From the human T2T-CHM13v2.0 reference genome, Homo sapiens: 64,000 nucleotides of DNA. Under the pieces are notes generated by a model that was given only the letters and a program-made list of their open reading frames with translations, was not told the DNA's origin and did no database searches. Of this stretch, positions 30,601 through 43,970 are shown piece by piece (position 1 is the first letter of the stretch; every line of letters begins with the position of its first letter). The position numbers and the translations under genes were made by a program. Location: NCBI RefSeq assembly GCF_009914755.1, contig NC_060939.1. One strand, written 5' to 3'.

Positions 30601-31834
30601 TTGTTATCAAAAAAATTGGGATGGAATTATTACCTCATGAAGGCTGATGGAGCTGTCTTCCCTGTCTTTCAGTATCCTTCCTTAATATTCTAAGAGTTTG
30701 AGAATACACCAGGGCCAAGACCAAGCAAAAGTATTTAGAATCACTCAGAGGTTTACACTACTGACTTTTGATAACCTTAAAATCTGGGTTGAATACGTCG
30801 GTGATTACCAACTTTCTAAGAGATATTTTTTCGCCATAGCTAGTACTAATTTCTTGCTGACAGAGTATATCCACAGAATCCACCTGCACATTTACAAGAG
30901 ATTTTCCTCTCCAGATCAGGCTTCTGGCAAAGTGGGAAAGTATCCTGTTATAAAACTTCTTTTGCTTCTCTTAGATAATGACTGTGAACAAAAGTCAAGA
31001 GAAAGAATCTCCAACATGGAATTTTAGAGTACTGTAAATCAGATGGACTTACCTATGGACAAATGTCCACAGAGGTTAGTTAATTAGAGCTAAGATCACT
31101 CTCTGGTTATTTGAAGGAAGCCATTGGTCTATAAGCAGAACTCAAATCTTTACATGTTACTTATACTGATAATTGAATTCTGCTCTGACCTGCCCTACCT
31201 GGCCAACTGTATGAGAGGTGGAGCATCATAGTAGCTGCTTTGCAATATAATCTCACCATTCTGGGATTAGTCCAGAGCTGCCCAACCCAAATCACTTTGG
31301 GAGCTACATTTTAAATTTCTTCTGACATGAATACTTATTGCCTCATTTATGATGTGAGCTTAGCTTTCATCTTTGATGAAGTACTTTTTCTTTTGTTCCC
31401 TTCCTATGATAAAATCCTTACTTCTGGCTACGCTGTTTCAGGTAGCCTGGAGTAAATATTTACTCCTATGTCCTGGGCCCCAGTACCACCTACTTTGGTA
31501 TAAGTCCTTGTGATCACTACTCCCATTGAATTCACATAGCCTTGTGATAGAGATCTGGGTACAAGCCTATGTGTAAAGGGTGTATTTTTTCCCTAAATGT
31601 TAGGTATACCATACAAATAGAATACAGATGAAATGTGTAAGTTAAATGCACAGGTGCAGATATACGTGCGAAAAATACTATTAAAAAATCACCCAAGTAA
31701 CTATTATCTGGCTAAAGAAATAAGACATTGCTAATATCCCAGAAGCCTTCCCCAATACAGTCCCATTCCTCCCCAAGACATACCAATCCCTTGCCTAGTG
31801 TGACAGCTTCCTTCCTTTTCTTTACAGTTCAGGT

Positions 31835-31986
31835 CAGCAGTCAGTAAACCTTTTCTGAAAAGGACCAGATAGTAAATATTTTAGACTTTAAGGACTGCAT
31901 ATGGTTTCTGTCTCATTTTCTTTGTGTGTCTTTTTTTTCTCATTTTTTGAAAACAACTCTGTAGACCGTAGTTTGCTAATCTCTTG
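31835..31986. mobile_element. hAT-Charlie MITE, MER58-like
   Basis: aaaccttttctgaaaaggaccagatagtaaatattttag...ccgtagtttgctaatctcttg with decayed terminal inverted repeats. Confidence 0.7.
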
Positions 31987-32572
31987 TTTAGACCCTCAAA
32001 CAATAGTGGTTTTGTTTTCCTGCTTCTTTTATTTGAAATTTATATAAATGGAATGAGAATTGGATTTTTTTCAACAGTCATCTGTATCTGCACTTCATTT
32101 ATTTTCATTGCCGTATAGCATTCTATTGACGGAATTGACCAATAGTTCTCCATCTATTCTATAATGTGGTTTTGGGTTGTTTAAAAGGTTTTGCTTCTAC
32201 AAAAATGTTACTAGGAACATTTTTATATGTACCCTGGGGCTCATGTGCAAATGTATCTGGGGTATATACTTTGGAGTAGAATTGCTGAGTCAACTGTTCG
32301 CTTTACCAAACACTATTTTCTGACAAAGTAGTAAAGTTTCTGCTCTCAGTATTGGAGTTCCCAATGTCCCACATCCTCAGCAGCACTTGGGATTGACAAC
32401 AAATGGTTTTAATCTTTGTCAGTGTTTCTAATTTGCATTTTTCTAATTTTTAGTTGTGATTTTTATTTTTATTTTTCTGAATGCTAGTGATATCAAGCAC
32501 AGTTTGGTCATTTGGATTTTCTGTTTTAGGATGTGGCTATTCGAAATCTTTTGTCATATTTTTCTTGGGCAG

Positions 32573-33109
32573 TGACAGGGCTCAGAACACACTATCCCAA
32601 AATATGGCACCTTGGCATACGGAATGTTTTAAGTTTAAGGAAACTGAGAAAACCCACAGAATCAGGAAGGTCTCTCTGACCTTCTCTCATCTTTTCTCCT
32701 GAAACAGGCCATAAAACCTTGCTGACCTTCCCCTGAAGTATGTCATAAAACTCATTCCAGAGGGTTTCTCTCTGTGCCCCAAGGAAAGGAATGTCCTTAT
32801 CTCAGAAGACACAGAGACCCAGAGAAGAATCTGAACAAACAAGCCTTGCTAAATTCCCCCAGTTTATTACCATTAGCTCATACCCCCTTTGTCAAATCAT
32901 ATTTCTCCACAACTATCCACTTCTGCATCAAATACACAGATCTCTCTGCTTCTTTGGGTCTTCCTTTTCTTAGGAAGTTTCTCATATCAGGTACACTTAT
33001 TAAATAAATTTATATGCATTTTTTTCTTGTTCTCTGTTGGTTTTATTTTCAGATCCAGCCAGGGACCCTAAGCAGGTTGACAGGTTGAGGAAGACCTTCC
33101 TTCCCTATA
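32573..33109 (+). mobile_element. Solo ERV1 LTR, MER34-group
   Basis: tcagaacacactatcccaaaatatggcaccttggcat, agaagaatctgaacaaaca, aataaattt; flanks gcag/tcag. Confidence 0.75.
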
Positions 33110-33789
33110 TCAGTCTGTTGATATTGATTTGCAGAATTTTTAAATATATTCCAGTTAACAGACTTTCTGGATTTGTGTATTCAGGATAACTCCCGCCTGT
33201 TTGTGGCTTGTCTCCTCATTCTTCATGTTATCTTTGAGTAGATGTTATCAATTGTAATTCGGTGGAATTTATTAAAACTTCCCTATATGATTACTTATTT
33301 CTGATTCTTATTTTAAAATTGAGGACGGATGAGTTTTGAAAGCAGCTATAGCCAAAAAGTTTGGTTAGAAGACCCATGGAAAAGGGGCAGGGAAACCACC
33401 TTCTCTGTGTTTTGATCCCGTGTCGTTGTGGCCACAGGCTCACCTCTGGCTCACCATCTCAACAGGCACGCCAGCAAAGGCTTGCTGATACAAGACGGCA
33501 GCATCATCACGCTCTTCAGCTAATGCCACTCTGAGTGTGTTGTGCTTCCCGTCCATCCCTCCTTCTTAAAGCTCTCTCACAGTGGTCTGCTAGTCCTTCA
33601 CTAACCTTCACATCATGCGTCAAAGATCTTCATTGGGAGTCTTAAGACTGTCTGACAGTTTTCATCTTCTTTTTCCTTAGTTTCTCAATCCAGTGAACCT
33701 GTTTACTCTCTCTCAAGTTGACATTGTTGATCAATGCAGCTCTCCTCTTTCTTGGCTTCTAGTATGCCTGATTTTTCGCCTATGTTCCT

Positions 33790-34088
33790 TTTTTAAAAAT
33801 ATTTATTTATTTTGAGATGGAGTCTCGCCCTGTCACCCAGGCTGGAGTGCAGTGGCACCATCTCGGCTCACTGCAACTTCCGCTTCTGGGTTCAAGCCAT
33901 TCTCCTGCCTCAGCCTCCCTAGTAGCTGGGACTACAGTCACCTGCCACCACGCCCAGATAATTTATTTTTAGTAGAGACAGGGTTTCACCATATTGGTCA
34001 GGCTGGTCTCGAATTCCTGACTGCGTGTTCTGCCCGCCTCAGCCTCCCAAAGTGCTAGGATTACAGGTGTGAGCCACCACGCCCAGCC
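33790..34088 (-). mobile_element. AluS
   Basis: Full Alu reverse complement with short linker; TSD cctatgttc. Confidence 0.93.
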
Positions 34089-34264
34089 TTTCCTATGTTC
34101 TTCTTAGTGTTTCCTCCCCTCCTTATTTGCCAATCTTAAAATCAGTAGTTCTTTACCTTTTAGGGATTCCCGAACTTCTTTAAAAAGCTTTTCTTTTCCT
34201 CAGAAAAATTGATATATGTAAATAAATACTATTTTCCATAACATTTCAGAGGGTACGCTTCCTT

Positions 34265-34425
34265 GACTTCATTTGATCCTCACAACTGTCTTGTGAGAAA
34301 AATAGACAAGGTTAATCTTTGATATTATACCCATTTCATAGGTGGAATCAAGGTACAGGGAGTTTAAATGATACAATGACGAGACGGCAAACAGTATGGA
34401 ATGAGGTAGACCAAGCTCAGTCAAT
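34265..34425 (-). mobile_element. MIR
   Basis: tcatttgatcctcacaac...attatacccatttcataggtggaa. Confidence 0.6.
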
Positions 34426-34518
34426 AATCGAATGTTGTGATTGTGACTAATTACGAAAGTGTGCAACAAATTAGTTGATAAAGTCTTTGCAGTGATGGTG
34501 GCAATTAAAATAATTTTA

Positions 34519-34812
34519 GGCCAAGCATGGTGGCTCACGCCTGTAATCCCAGCACTTTGGGAGGCTGAGGCAGGGGGGGTCACCTGAGGTCAGGAGTTTT
34601 GAGACCAGCCTGGCCAACATGGTGAAAACCCATCTCTACTAAAAATACAAAAATTTGCTGGGCTTGGTGGCAGCCGCCTGTAATCCCAGCTACTCGAGAG
34701 TCTGAGGCAGGAGCATCGCTTCAATCTGGGAGGTAAATGTTGCAGTGAGCCGAGATAACACCACTGCACGCCAGTCTGGGCAACAGAGCAAGACTCCTTC
34801 TCAAAAAATAAT
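34519..34812 (+). mobile_element. AluSx-like
   Basis: Full dimeric Alu. Confidence 0.95.
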
Positions 34813-35188
34813 AACTTTAATTTTAATTGCCCTCAAGACAAATGAATGTGATTCCTGGGGCAAAAGATCAACCTTCACACCATATTGGTCTTTTCATCAC
34901 ATTACGTTTGGTCATTTTGAATTTTTTTCTGAAAATTTTTGCATATTATCTTAAGATTCCTTTACTTATAGAACCAACCTATCTCATGCCTGTTCAAATA
35001 TTATATTTCTTAGGTTAATCAAAATAGCATATTTTAGGAGAAAATATTTTAGTCAGATGCAGAAAGATTCAGATTGTCTTTCACTCCGTCACTCATTCCC
35101 TCATTCATTTACTGTTATAGCAATTTGTTTACTTGAATTATTTTTATATATGATATTATTATTAATTAACTAGCATTAAAATACTGTA

Positions 35189-36050
35189 GGCTGGGCACAG
35201 TGACTCACGCCCATAATCCCAGTGTGTCCAGAGTTTGTTCCTTCTGGCTGGTTCGTGGTCTTGCTGACTTCAGGAATGAAACCTCAGACCTACATGGGGA
35301 GTGTTACAGCTCTTAAAGGTGGTGCGGACCCAAAGGTGAGCAGCAGCAGGATTTATTGTGAAGAGCAAAAGAACAAAGCTTCCACAGCTTAGAACCAGAC
35401 CTGACCCAGTTGCTGCTGCTGGCTGGGGTGGCCAGCTTTTATTCTCTTATTTGTCCCAGCCCATGTCCTGCTGATTGGTCCATTTTACAGAGTGCTGATT
35501 GGCACATTTTACAGAGCACTGATTGGTCCATTTTACAGGGTGCTGATTGGTCCATTTTACAAACCTCTAGCTAGTCACAGAGCGCTGATTGGTGTGTTTT
35601 TACAGAGTGCTGATTGGCACACTTTACAAACCTCTAGCTAGCCACAGAGCATTGATTGGCACGTTTTACAATCCTAGCTACAGAGCGCCGATTGGTGAAT
35701 TTTACGATCCTCTTGTAAGACAAAAAAGTTCTCCAAGTCCCCACCCGACCCAGAAGTCCAGCTGGCTTCACCTCTCACCAGCACTTTGAAAGGCCAAGAA
35801 GAAAGGATTGCTCGAGGCCAGGATTTCGAGACCAACCTGGGCAACATAGCTAGACCCCTGGCTCTACAAAAGATTAAAAAATAAAAGTAAGCCAGATGTG
35901 GTGGCTTGCACTTGTAGTCCCAGCTACTCAGGAGGCTGCTGCAGGAGGACTGCTTAAGCCTGGGAAGTTGAGAATGCAGGAGCCATGATCACACTATTGC
36001 ACTCCAGCCTGGGCAACAGAGTGAAACCCTGTCTCTAAGAAAATAAAATC
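35189..36050 (+). mobile_element. AluJ interrupted at about nt 34 by an LTR12
   Basis: ggctgggcac...ataatcccag [LTR] ccagcactttgaaagg... Confidence 0.92.
35223..35777 (-). mobile_element. Solo LTR12 (ERV9 family, LTR12F-like)
   Basis: Reverse complement starts TGAGAGGTGAAGCCAGCTGG; eight tandem CCAAT units; perfect TSD CCAG (35219-35222 and 35778-35781). Confidence 0.9.
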
Positions 36051-38291
36051 AAAGCTGTGGAAAAAAAAAAAAAAAAAAAAAAAGAAAACTTCTCAAGGTT
36101 AAATGTATATAGACAAAGTGAAAGAACATTTAAACAAGGACCTTAATATAATAAATTTCACTGGGATCATAAAATCTTGAGGACCAGTAAATGAAATTCC
36201 CCCAGGAAATCTGTGTTATGGTTTATAAATTACTTTCTAATCTATTTACTTTTACTTTTATTTGAGATTTTAAATTTTGGTACAGAGATGTTTCTCTTTG
36301 AGGATTGTGATAAAGCAATCAGAGAACTGGGAAGTTTCTGGCAGTGGGACAGGGTTTAGATTATAAAAGTGAAGAAGGCTGGATGCTTTCTGTTGAAATA
36401 GACTGTTAAGAACTTTGTCAAAGAATGAACCCTTACTGTAACCCACACCTCATTTGTCACCCTGATGGGCTGAGGAAAAGTGACATTTACAAACTGAGAA
36501 TGAAAGCACATCCATTTCACCAGTCTGACACCCTGATATAATAACTATTTACCTTGAGAAAGAGGCACTGAGATTTCCGATTCTTGTGAATCTTCTCACT
36601 TTGGCACTTATTTTCTCACTCTGTCAAACAGCCCCAGATTAATGGAACAATTTGTTCAACAAATCATATTAGTAGAATGTGCACAGGGTAGAGAGAGAGA
36701 GGTGGGGGAGCAGAAGATTTTTACTCATTCATAGCAGTGGTATCTCTGCAAATAAAAATGTAGTTATGCCTGACATTTACAGAGGGACAATGTGAAAGGG
36801 AAAGGGTGTAATGACTTCGGGCAGTGGAGAGATCACTTTGTAAGAACAGTAGTGCTCAAAGGGGAATAAGATAAAGTTACACGTAACATCTAGATTGAGC
36901 TTCTTTCTAGAGCATATTTGTCAAATACAGCAAGATCTGCCTTTGTAAAAAAAAAAAAAGTTTTCCATTAAAATTAAGCATCTTGTTTTCTGTGGTATAC
37001 AGACATGTTCCTTTTAAGCCCACACCTGGGGAACCTCAAAGAATTCCAAGAACATCTTACTACAAAAGGGACAATTCAGGTCCTCAGAACAGATCACAGG
37101 TATGGGACGTGTGATAACTATGTGATTAGGACTGAGATTGTTAATTCTGCTAGGTATTCAATTCACATTACACAGGCAAATAAAATAAAGTAATCGGCAC
37201 AGCCTCAACATTGTTTGTTTCATGTCTTTGTGCCAGAAGTTTGAATGAATATTTAGAATATAGAGAGCTAATAAATATCATCTACAACAAATCATGTTTA
37301 TTTAACTATGCTTCTAACCTATTACTTCTCTTCACACATGCAAAAAAATACAACATAATACCACATTTTTCACTAACTTTTGAAGGACACTCAAAGTTGA
37401 CTGTGAGGTTCATCTTTTTGTGTTAGGGTTGTCACACTGCTATTATACCTTACATCCACAACAGAAATTGACACTCACTTGTCCCCTATATCTGTATCCT
37501 GTGGCCTTGGGTGTCAAGGGAAAATATTGCTTTGCACTGTTGTACTGCTTTGATTTCTCTTTCCTTTCTCATCTTCTTTTTCTTTCTTTTTCTTTAAGAT
37601 TTTTACATATTTTTGAGCCACAGGAGAGAACCCAAACACCTCTCGACACAAAATTAGTTCCTGGAAATTCCTAATTAACATGGAGAGAATATTTTCTCTT
37701 TACTGGAATGGAACTTTCTACTGGGAAATGCTTTTTTATCCCAAGTTTATTCTAGAAATATTTTAGTGTAAAAGTGACCTGTTTGAATCATTAAGGAGTA
37801 ATGACAGCTCAACAAAAGATTCATTTCCAGTCCTGCTTCAATGGTAAAAAACAACAGGAAGCCTCCTTCCATATTGCTGATATGACTGCCTCCAAAAACA
37901 TTAAAAGGCATCTATACTTTTAGGTATTTATTCTATAGAAAAACATTCTGTTTCAGAGAGTTTAGGCCATTCTGACTGCTTTTTTTTTTTTTGGCCCCAC
38001 TTTTCATGTAGAAAATATTTTGCCAAGATATTGCATGTACTTTTTGGAAATTTGGGGACCTAATGTTCCAAAAAAAATATGTTCATGTTAGAACATTTTA
38101 AATTTATACAGATGATAGAAAATCTCTCTTCTAAGTGCATAAGTGTGTATATATAGTGTGTGTCGTTTATATATATACTACATACATACATATATACATC
38201 TGTGCATATGGATATATCTATGTATCTCTCCATCTCTCTAGGATATAAGGTCAGAGATGACTGTCCCATGTCACCTCAAATAAGTGCTGAT

Positions 38292-38598
<307 letters not shown>

Positions 38599-38739
38599 AA
38601 ATAAGTGCAGATGTATTTTAGGGATACATGTGAGCTAGAATTTGTAGTAGAAAGCCCTCAGGGGCATAGAAAACTCTATATTTTTATCATGGTTATAGTC
38701 ATGTGATTTGTCTATTCTGACAGACTATTCCTAATCCTT

Positions 38740-39780
38740 GTAGAAATTAGGGTAACTTAACACAATGGAAGTTCCACTCAAGAATCAATGCAGATATCTG
38801 ATAGTGGCAGGAGGCAGACAAATGCCCCTGCAGATAGAGGTGGGTCTCCGGTGACACCTCACCTCCAAGCCAAAGACAGTTTAAAGCCAGAAAGCCAAGC
38901 TACAAGTCAAATCCACAGACCGGATTGAGAACCTGTCTTCCCATTTGGCGTGCTTTTCTCTGATTGAAGCCCCACCCTTCACCTATTTTACATATACCTA
39001 CCCTTTCCTAATTGGTTTTCTACACACTCCCAGGCACACCTTTGAGTGGTGCTTCTGCTTTAGCCTTTTTCGAATACTCACAAACTAATCAGCAGACACT
39101 CCCTTATTCTGAGCCCATAAAAGCCACTTTATGAGCCCATAAAGCTCACACTGAGTGAGCCCATTCAGCCACACTGGGAGAGAAACCACTCAACTACCGG
39201 GGGTGGGAGACCACCCTTATGTCCATTCTCTGCTGAGAGCTGTTCCGTCACTGGATAAAATTATTCTCTGCCCTTCTCACCCTTCAATTGACAGCATATC
39301 CTCATTCTTCTTGGATGTGGGACAAGAGCTTGAGAACTGCGAAACACAGGTACAAGATATAACACAAGCAAGCTGGGGCTCAGCAGCAGTCTGAGCTGCT
39401 GTGCCAGCCAGACTTGGCCCAGGCGAGCTGAATAGACGGGGTGCTCCCTGCTGCAAGCCTGGCAAAGGAGCCAAGAAAAATCCTGCATCATAGCCACGTT
39501 GCCAAGAAACATTCCTCCCATGGTGACTCAGGAAACCAGGCTCCTTCCTTCTTGGTGCTTTTTGGTCTCTTAGGGCTTGAGGTCTTTGGTGTCTAGCCTG
39601 TGTGAAAGGATAAAGAAAGAGGAGTCACTCCCACACCCTAAAGATTCCAGCCCAGGGGTAACACACACTATTTCTGTGGATGCAAAGAAGACTGGAAAAT
39701 ATTGACCCAGTCTGGGCAGCTGCCTTCCAAGGATGATAACTCATTGTGGAAAAGGAGCTACAAAGCAGTCTCTGTCACAT
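38740..39780 (-). mobile_element. Old MaLR LTR (MLT1I/J-like), split by LTR27
   Basis: aacttaacacaatggaagtt, actcaggaaaccaggctccttcc, gcaaagaagactggaaaatat, gtctctgtcaca. Confidence 0.6.
38799..39490 (+). mobile_element. Solo ERV1 LTR, LTR27-like
   Basis: TGATAGTGGCAGGAGGCAGACAAATG...CCTGCATCA; flanks tatc/tagc. Confidence 0.8.
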
Positions 39781-40529
39781 AGCGCTGTGGCCCATTGGTT
39801 TCCTTGACGCTGTTTCACTTTTTTCTACTCCCCCTTCCACTTGCTCATTGCTCACACTCCTTCATGACTTGGGTTTGTCCTGATTCTTCAGGTGCCTAAC
39901 TCTGCCTCTCAGTGCCCTCTAAATTTTTTGAGTGTCTACTCTCAATTCTTTGACTCTTCTCTATTTTCCAATTTGAATTTCAGAAGGAGAATCTGATTGT
40001 TCTATTTGTCATCTTTTTATCCATGATAGGCTACTCTTTGGAACTGGTGTCTAAATGTCTGGTGTCCACCTTTAGTCTAATTAACTGTGCTTTTATTCAT
40101 GGAGAGGTGGGAGGGTGGTACTTGAAGTTTTTCTTGGAAAGGACTGTGGCCATCAAGGTTTTACTTGTCTATTATGTTTTCTTTTTATAGTTCTCCCCCG
40201 ACACACACTTATCACACATCAGATGCAGTGTAATAGAATACTAAATCCTTGTCATAGACTAAAAAGAGACAACATTCCAAGAAATGTTAAGGAAGCACTT
40301 AACCATGTGGATTTCTTTATTGGATTCCTGAAGCTTCTAATTCCTTAAGCTCCACCAATGATTTCACTTACAGATGACAACTAACATTCTTTTCTCCATG
40401 TACAGATTTAGCATTTTAGTTTGGGGAATATGATTCCTTTCTTTAGTCTTCAGCCACTTCAGGAAGAATATATCCAAGTTGGAAGAAGAAATTCTGATTT
40501 ATTGTGGTTTCTTTAAAAAGAAGGAATCA

Positions 40530-40844
<315 letters not shown>

Positions 40845-41282
40845 TCATAGCATTCAACTTGTCTGTGAAATACATTACTGCACATTATGGTTATAATTAG
40901 AAGCTTAGTTATTTTGAAATGTCTTATTGATAGGTACCATTGATTGAATGTGTTCTTTCTGTTGGGCAGTGCTTATTGTTTTCAGTCGTCACAATTTTCC
41001 CAGATAAATGTTTTAATCTCTTTGTTCAAATAAAGAGGTAGTAGTGGTTCAAAGGGATGGTTTTACTTGGTCTAAGACACACAGCTAAATACAGACCCTA
41101 AAAGTTAAATTTATGTCTGCCTCAAACTCCTGTTTCTACTATATATTCGTAGCCTCTCAGTTTGGATATCTTACACTATCTTGCTATTTCCCAAGTATTT
41201 ACTCCAAATAAAGAACAGAATACAATATAAAGTCAACCAATATTCCCTAAGCAAGAGATGCAGTAGCAGCAGTTTCACAAAG

Positions 41283-41458
41283 ACTATCTCATTTATTCCT
41301 TTAATAATCCTAGGCAGGAAATTATTAGCAGTCCCATTTTATAGCTAAGAAAACTGAGGCTCTGAGGATTAAGTAACTTGCTTGGGCCACAATCTGTAAG
41401 TGGCACTATCAGGACTTGAATAGTGATCTGGCACTAATTCTGGAGCTCTTCCTACCTC
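41283..41458 (-). mobile_element. MIR
   Basis: cccattttatagctaagaaaactgaggctctgaggattaagtaacttgc (MIR core). Confidence 0.8.
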
Positions 41459-42864
41459 CAATTTTTTATTAGTTAATAAAAATAATTCAGAGAGACAATA
41501 AGTGCCTTGCATTAGCATACCACAGTCATAACCCCTCAGGTAGTGCTCCATATATGTAATGAACAAATTAATGGATTTACCTCCTACATCTGATTGTGAA
41601 CTAAAATTGTCACTAATTTTTTTTTCCTGCCTTTCCTTCCTGTTTTCCCTTTGATTTGTGATACACATAACTGGAAAGCCTGTTAAAAGATAATTTTCAA
41701 AAAACGATAAAATCATGACTCTCATACAGATACAAATATGAAGACATATTAAAGAATGTCTGTTACTGCTATAATACGAAGGAAAGAGGCAGATATCATA
41801 ACCAGTTCAAAGGAAAAGTCAAAAGAACATAAATGTATATGGAATATACATAAATGTATAAAAGAATGTTGAGATGAATTGTAAATGGAGACGAAACTTT
41901 TCCACCAGGGAGGTGGTGGTGTTCGGTTAACTATATCCTAGAAAGGACACTGCTATCAGTTACCTATAATTTACAGAGTTACCAAATAGCTCAAAGACGG
42001 TGAACAAACAGGGCTAGAACTGGGCAGCCAGACAGGTGTGCTATAGATGATGAATATTTTTCCATTGAGACATTTGTATTTTAAAAGGCCCTTACTGTAG
42101 TAGAGAAGCTCATTTAGAGTATTACATGCAGTAGATGATAGACAGGTTGTTTGAAATAAACATAATAGGACTAGTCCAATATATAATAGATGTATGAATG
42201 AATGGGATGTTCTTTTCTATGCTATTTCCGTATTCTGTGTAAATGATCAGTAACGAACATCCTTGTAGAGCTGGCAAACACACAGAAGCAGCCAACATAG
42301 AGAGAATGGGCTTGAAATGCTGCTACCCTGAAGAAAAAAAAATACACATATATCAGCTCATCCTGGTTCCGGCCTGGGGCATGGGTGGGGGGTAAAGGAT
42401 TAGAGTCCCTTGGTCCTGGTCTGCCATACATAAAGAGTCTCAAATTTATACTGAAAACGTCAGTGACCTCCAAATGAGGTTACACGGTCTCAGCTATACA
42501 CTCAACGGAATGAAGAAAGAAAAAACACATCACGCAACTTTCAACATGTGTCTCATTTCCAACCACAATTGCTTGGAATTTAAAGCTGGCATTTTTAAAA
42601 ATCCTGCTAGTAAATAGCAAAATTATATTTATGTGTGTCCCTCGTGTATGTATATTAAGCACATTAATTTGTACAACATGACACTTCTTGCTTCCACATT
42701 TCATTTTTCTTTTTGTAACTTATTAACCAGGAGGCTCATAAACGCAAGTGGCCTTGACTCTCCCAGAACTGAGAGGACCTGCCCTGGCCCGAAGCCAAAG
42801 GCATTTTCCCCAGCAAATAGCTGGACTTAGGATCCGTTTAACAAAGCTCCTTTAAAAGTCCTTT

Positions 42865-43590
42865 GGAGTGCGCCGGCCGGTGACACCCAAGAGGCGACCC
42901 CTCCGCCCTTCCGCTTTTGGAGGGTGGGCGGCCGGGGGTGGGGGTCACAGTGGCCAGCGTCGCCGGAGGGCGCCGGCTTCCAGGTGCGGGTGGGGCTGCG
43001 CGCCCCGCCGGGCCCGGAGAACTTTCACTGGGCGTCCGCGGCGCGCAGACAATGGGCCGGGGAAGCGCCTTATCGCGGCGCGCAGGCCTTCCCCGAGCGC
43101 GGCGGGAGGCGGCGGCGCTTCCGCGGGCCCAGGGCCGCCAGTCCCCCGTCCCCCGGTCGCCCGCCGCCCCCTGGCCAGGCCCCGCCGCCGCCGCCCGCTG
43201 CTTCCTCCCGCTCTTCCTCCCTGCGACCTCGCGGCCTCCTGGCGAGGCGCGGCCGGCGGAAAAGCTTGGTGGGGTGGCCGCGGCAGCGACACGCGCGGCC
43301 GGCCCCGGGAAAACAAAGGGGGGATGTGTGTGGCCAAGAGTCCGGAAATGGGGCGCCGGTGGGGGCCGGGGCGGCGCAGCTCTGCCTCCTGGAGCCTATT
43401 GTTTGCCGGGTGCACATGCACACGCGCTTAACAAGAAATTAACACATCCTGCCGCCGCTTATCTATCCATCGATGGCCAAACAGACGGCGCAGTCACTTT
43501 GCACGGAGAGGGCTTTTAATGTAATGACCAGGCCGGAGAAGAATATCTCAAGCCCTTCGTAGAAGTTCCTCTTTGTTTCCGTACGGCCCT
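42865..43590. promoter_or_regulatory. CpG island (orphan; promoter or enhancer candidate)
   Basis: About 700 bp of very high GC and dense CpG in an AT-rich, CpG-poor background; GC boxes, ETS site CCGGAAAT 43342-43349, three SOX-type sites; not a recognisable repeat. Confidence 0.9.
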
Positions 43591-43759
43591 TGATACCATT
43601 TGTGATTCTCAAGCTACTATGACAGCTTCTTAAAAAATGTATTACTTTTTTTTGGTAGGGGGCGTCTTTGAATTTCTTAAAAGGGGGCATTCTGAAGATC
43701 CCTTGCCTAACAGATTTTTTTTTCGTCTTTTTGGTACTAATTCTAAAATGATGTAGTTT

Positions 43760-43970
43760 TATAGTGTGCCAGGCACTATTCTAAGAGTTTCAACTGTATG
43801 AACTCTTTACGCTCCTTAATAACCCTGTGAGTTCCGTGGTATTTTTATCTTCATTTTCTAGATGAGGAAAGGAGGACATAAAAGAAACCACGCTGGTAGA
43901 GAGGTAGTAAATGAGGCAGCCCGGATCAGAATCCTGGCTTGCCAGCTTGAGTCCATACTCTGAAATGAGG
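43760..43970 (-). mobile_element. MIR
   Basis: gtgccaggcactattctaagag...aaccctgtgag...cattttctagatgaggaaa. Confidence 0.75.

Larger units (their letters stand above)
31590..33320 (-). mobile_element. Old L1ME-type 3' fragment, split by MER58 and a MER34-like LTR
   Basis: tttatataaatggaat, tcatttattttcattgccgtatagcattctattg, tggagtagaattgctgagtc, cacatcctcagcagcacttgg. Confidence 0.65.

Noticed and set aside
35466-35710. Regularly spaced gctgattgg repeats resembling a CRISPR-like array
   Set aside because: They are the normal tandem CCAAT units of LTR12 U3; the spacers are related to each other rather than unique.
36061-36083. Isolated A23 run as the tail of a hidden retro-insertion
   Set aside because: No TSD or body can be identified; it lies just past the AluJ's right flank and is probably an expanded homopolymer.
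42868-43519. Five overlapping 117-200 aa ORFs in the CpG island
   Set aside because: Low-complexity Arg/Pro/Gly/Ala translations on both strands, most with non-ATG starts and no recognisable domain; expected in very GC-rich DNA.
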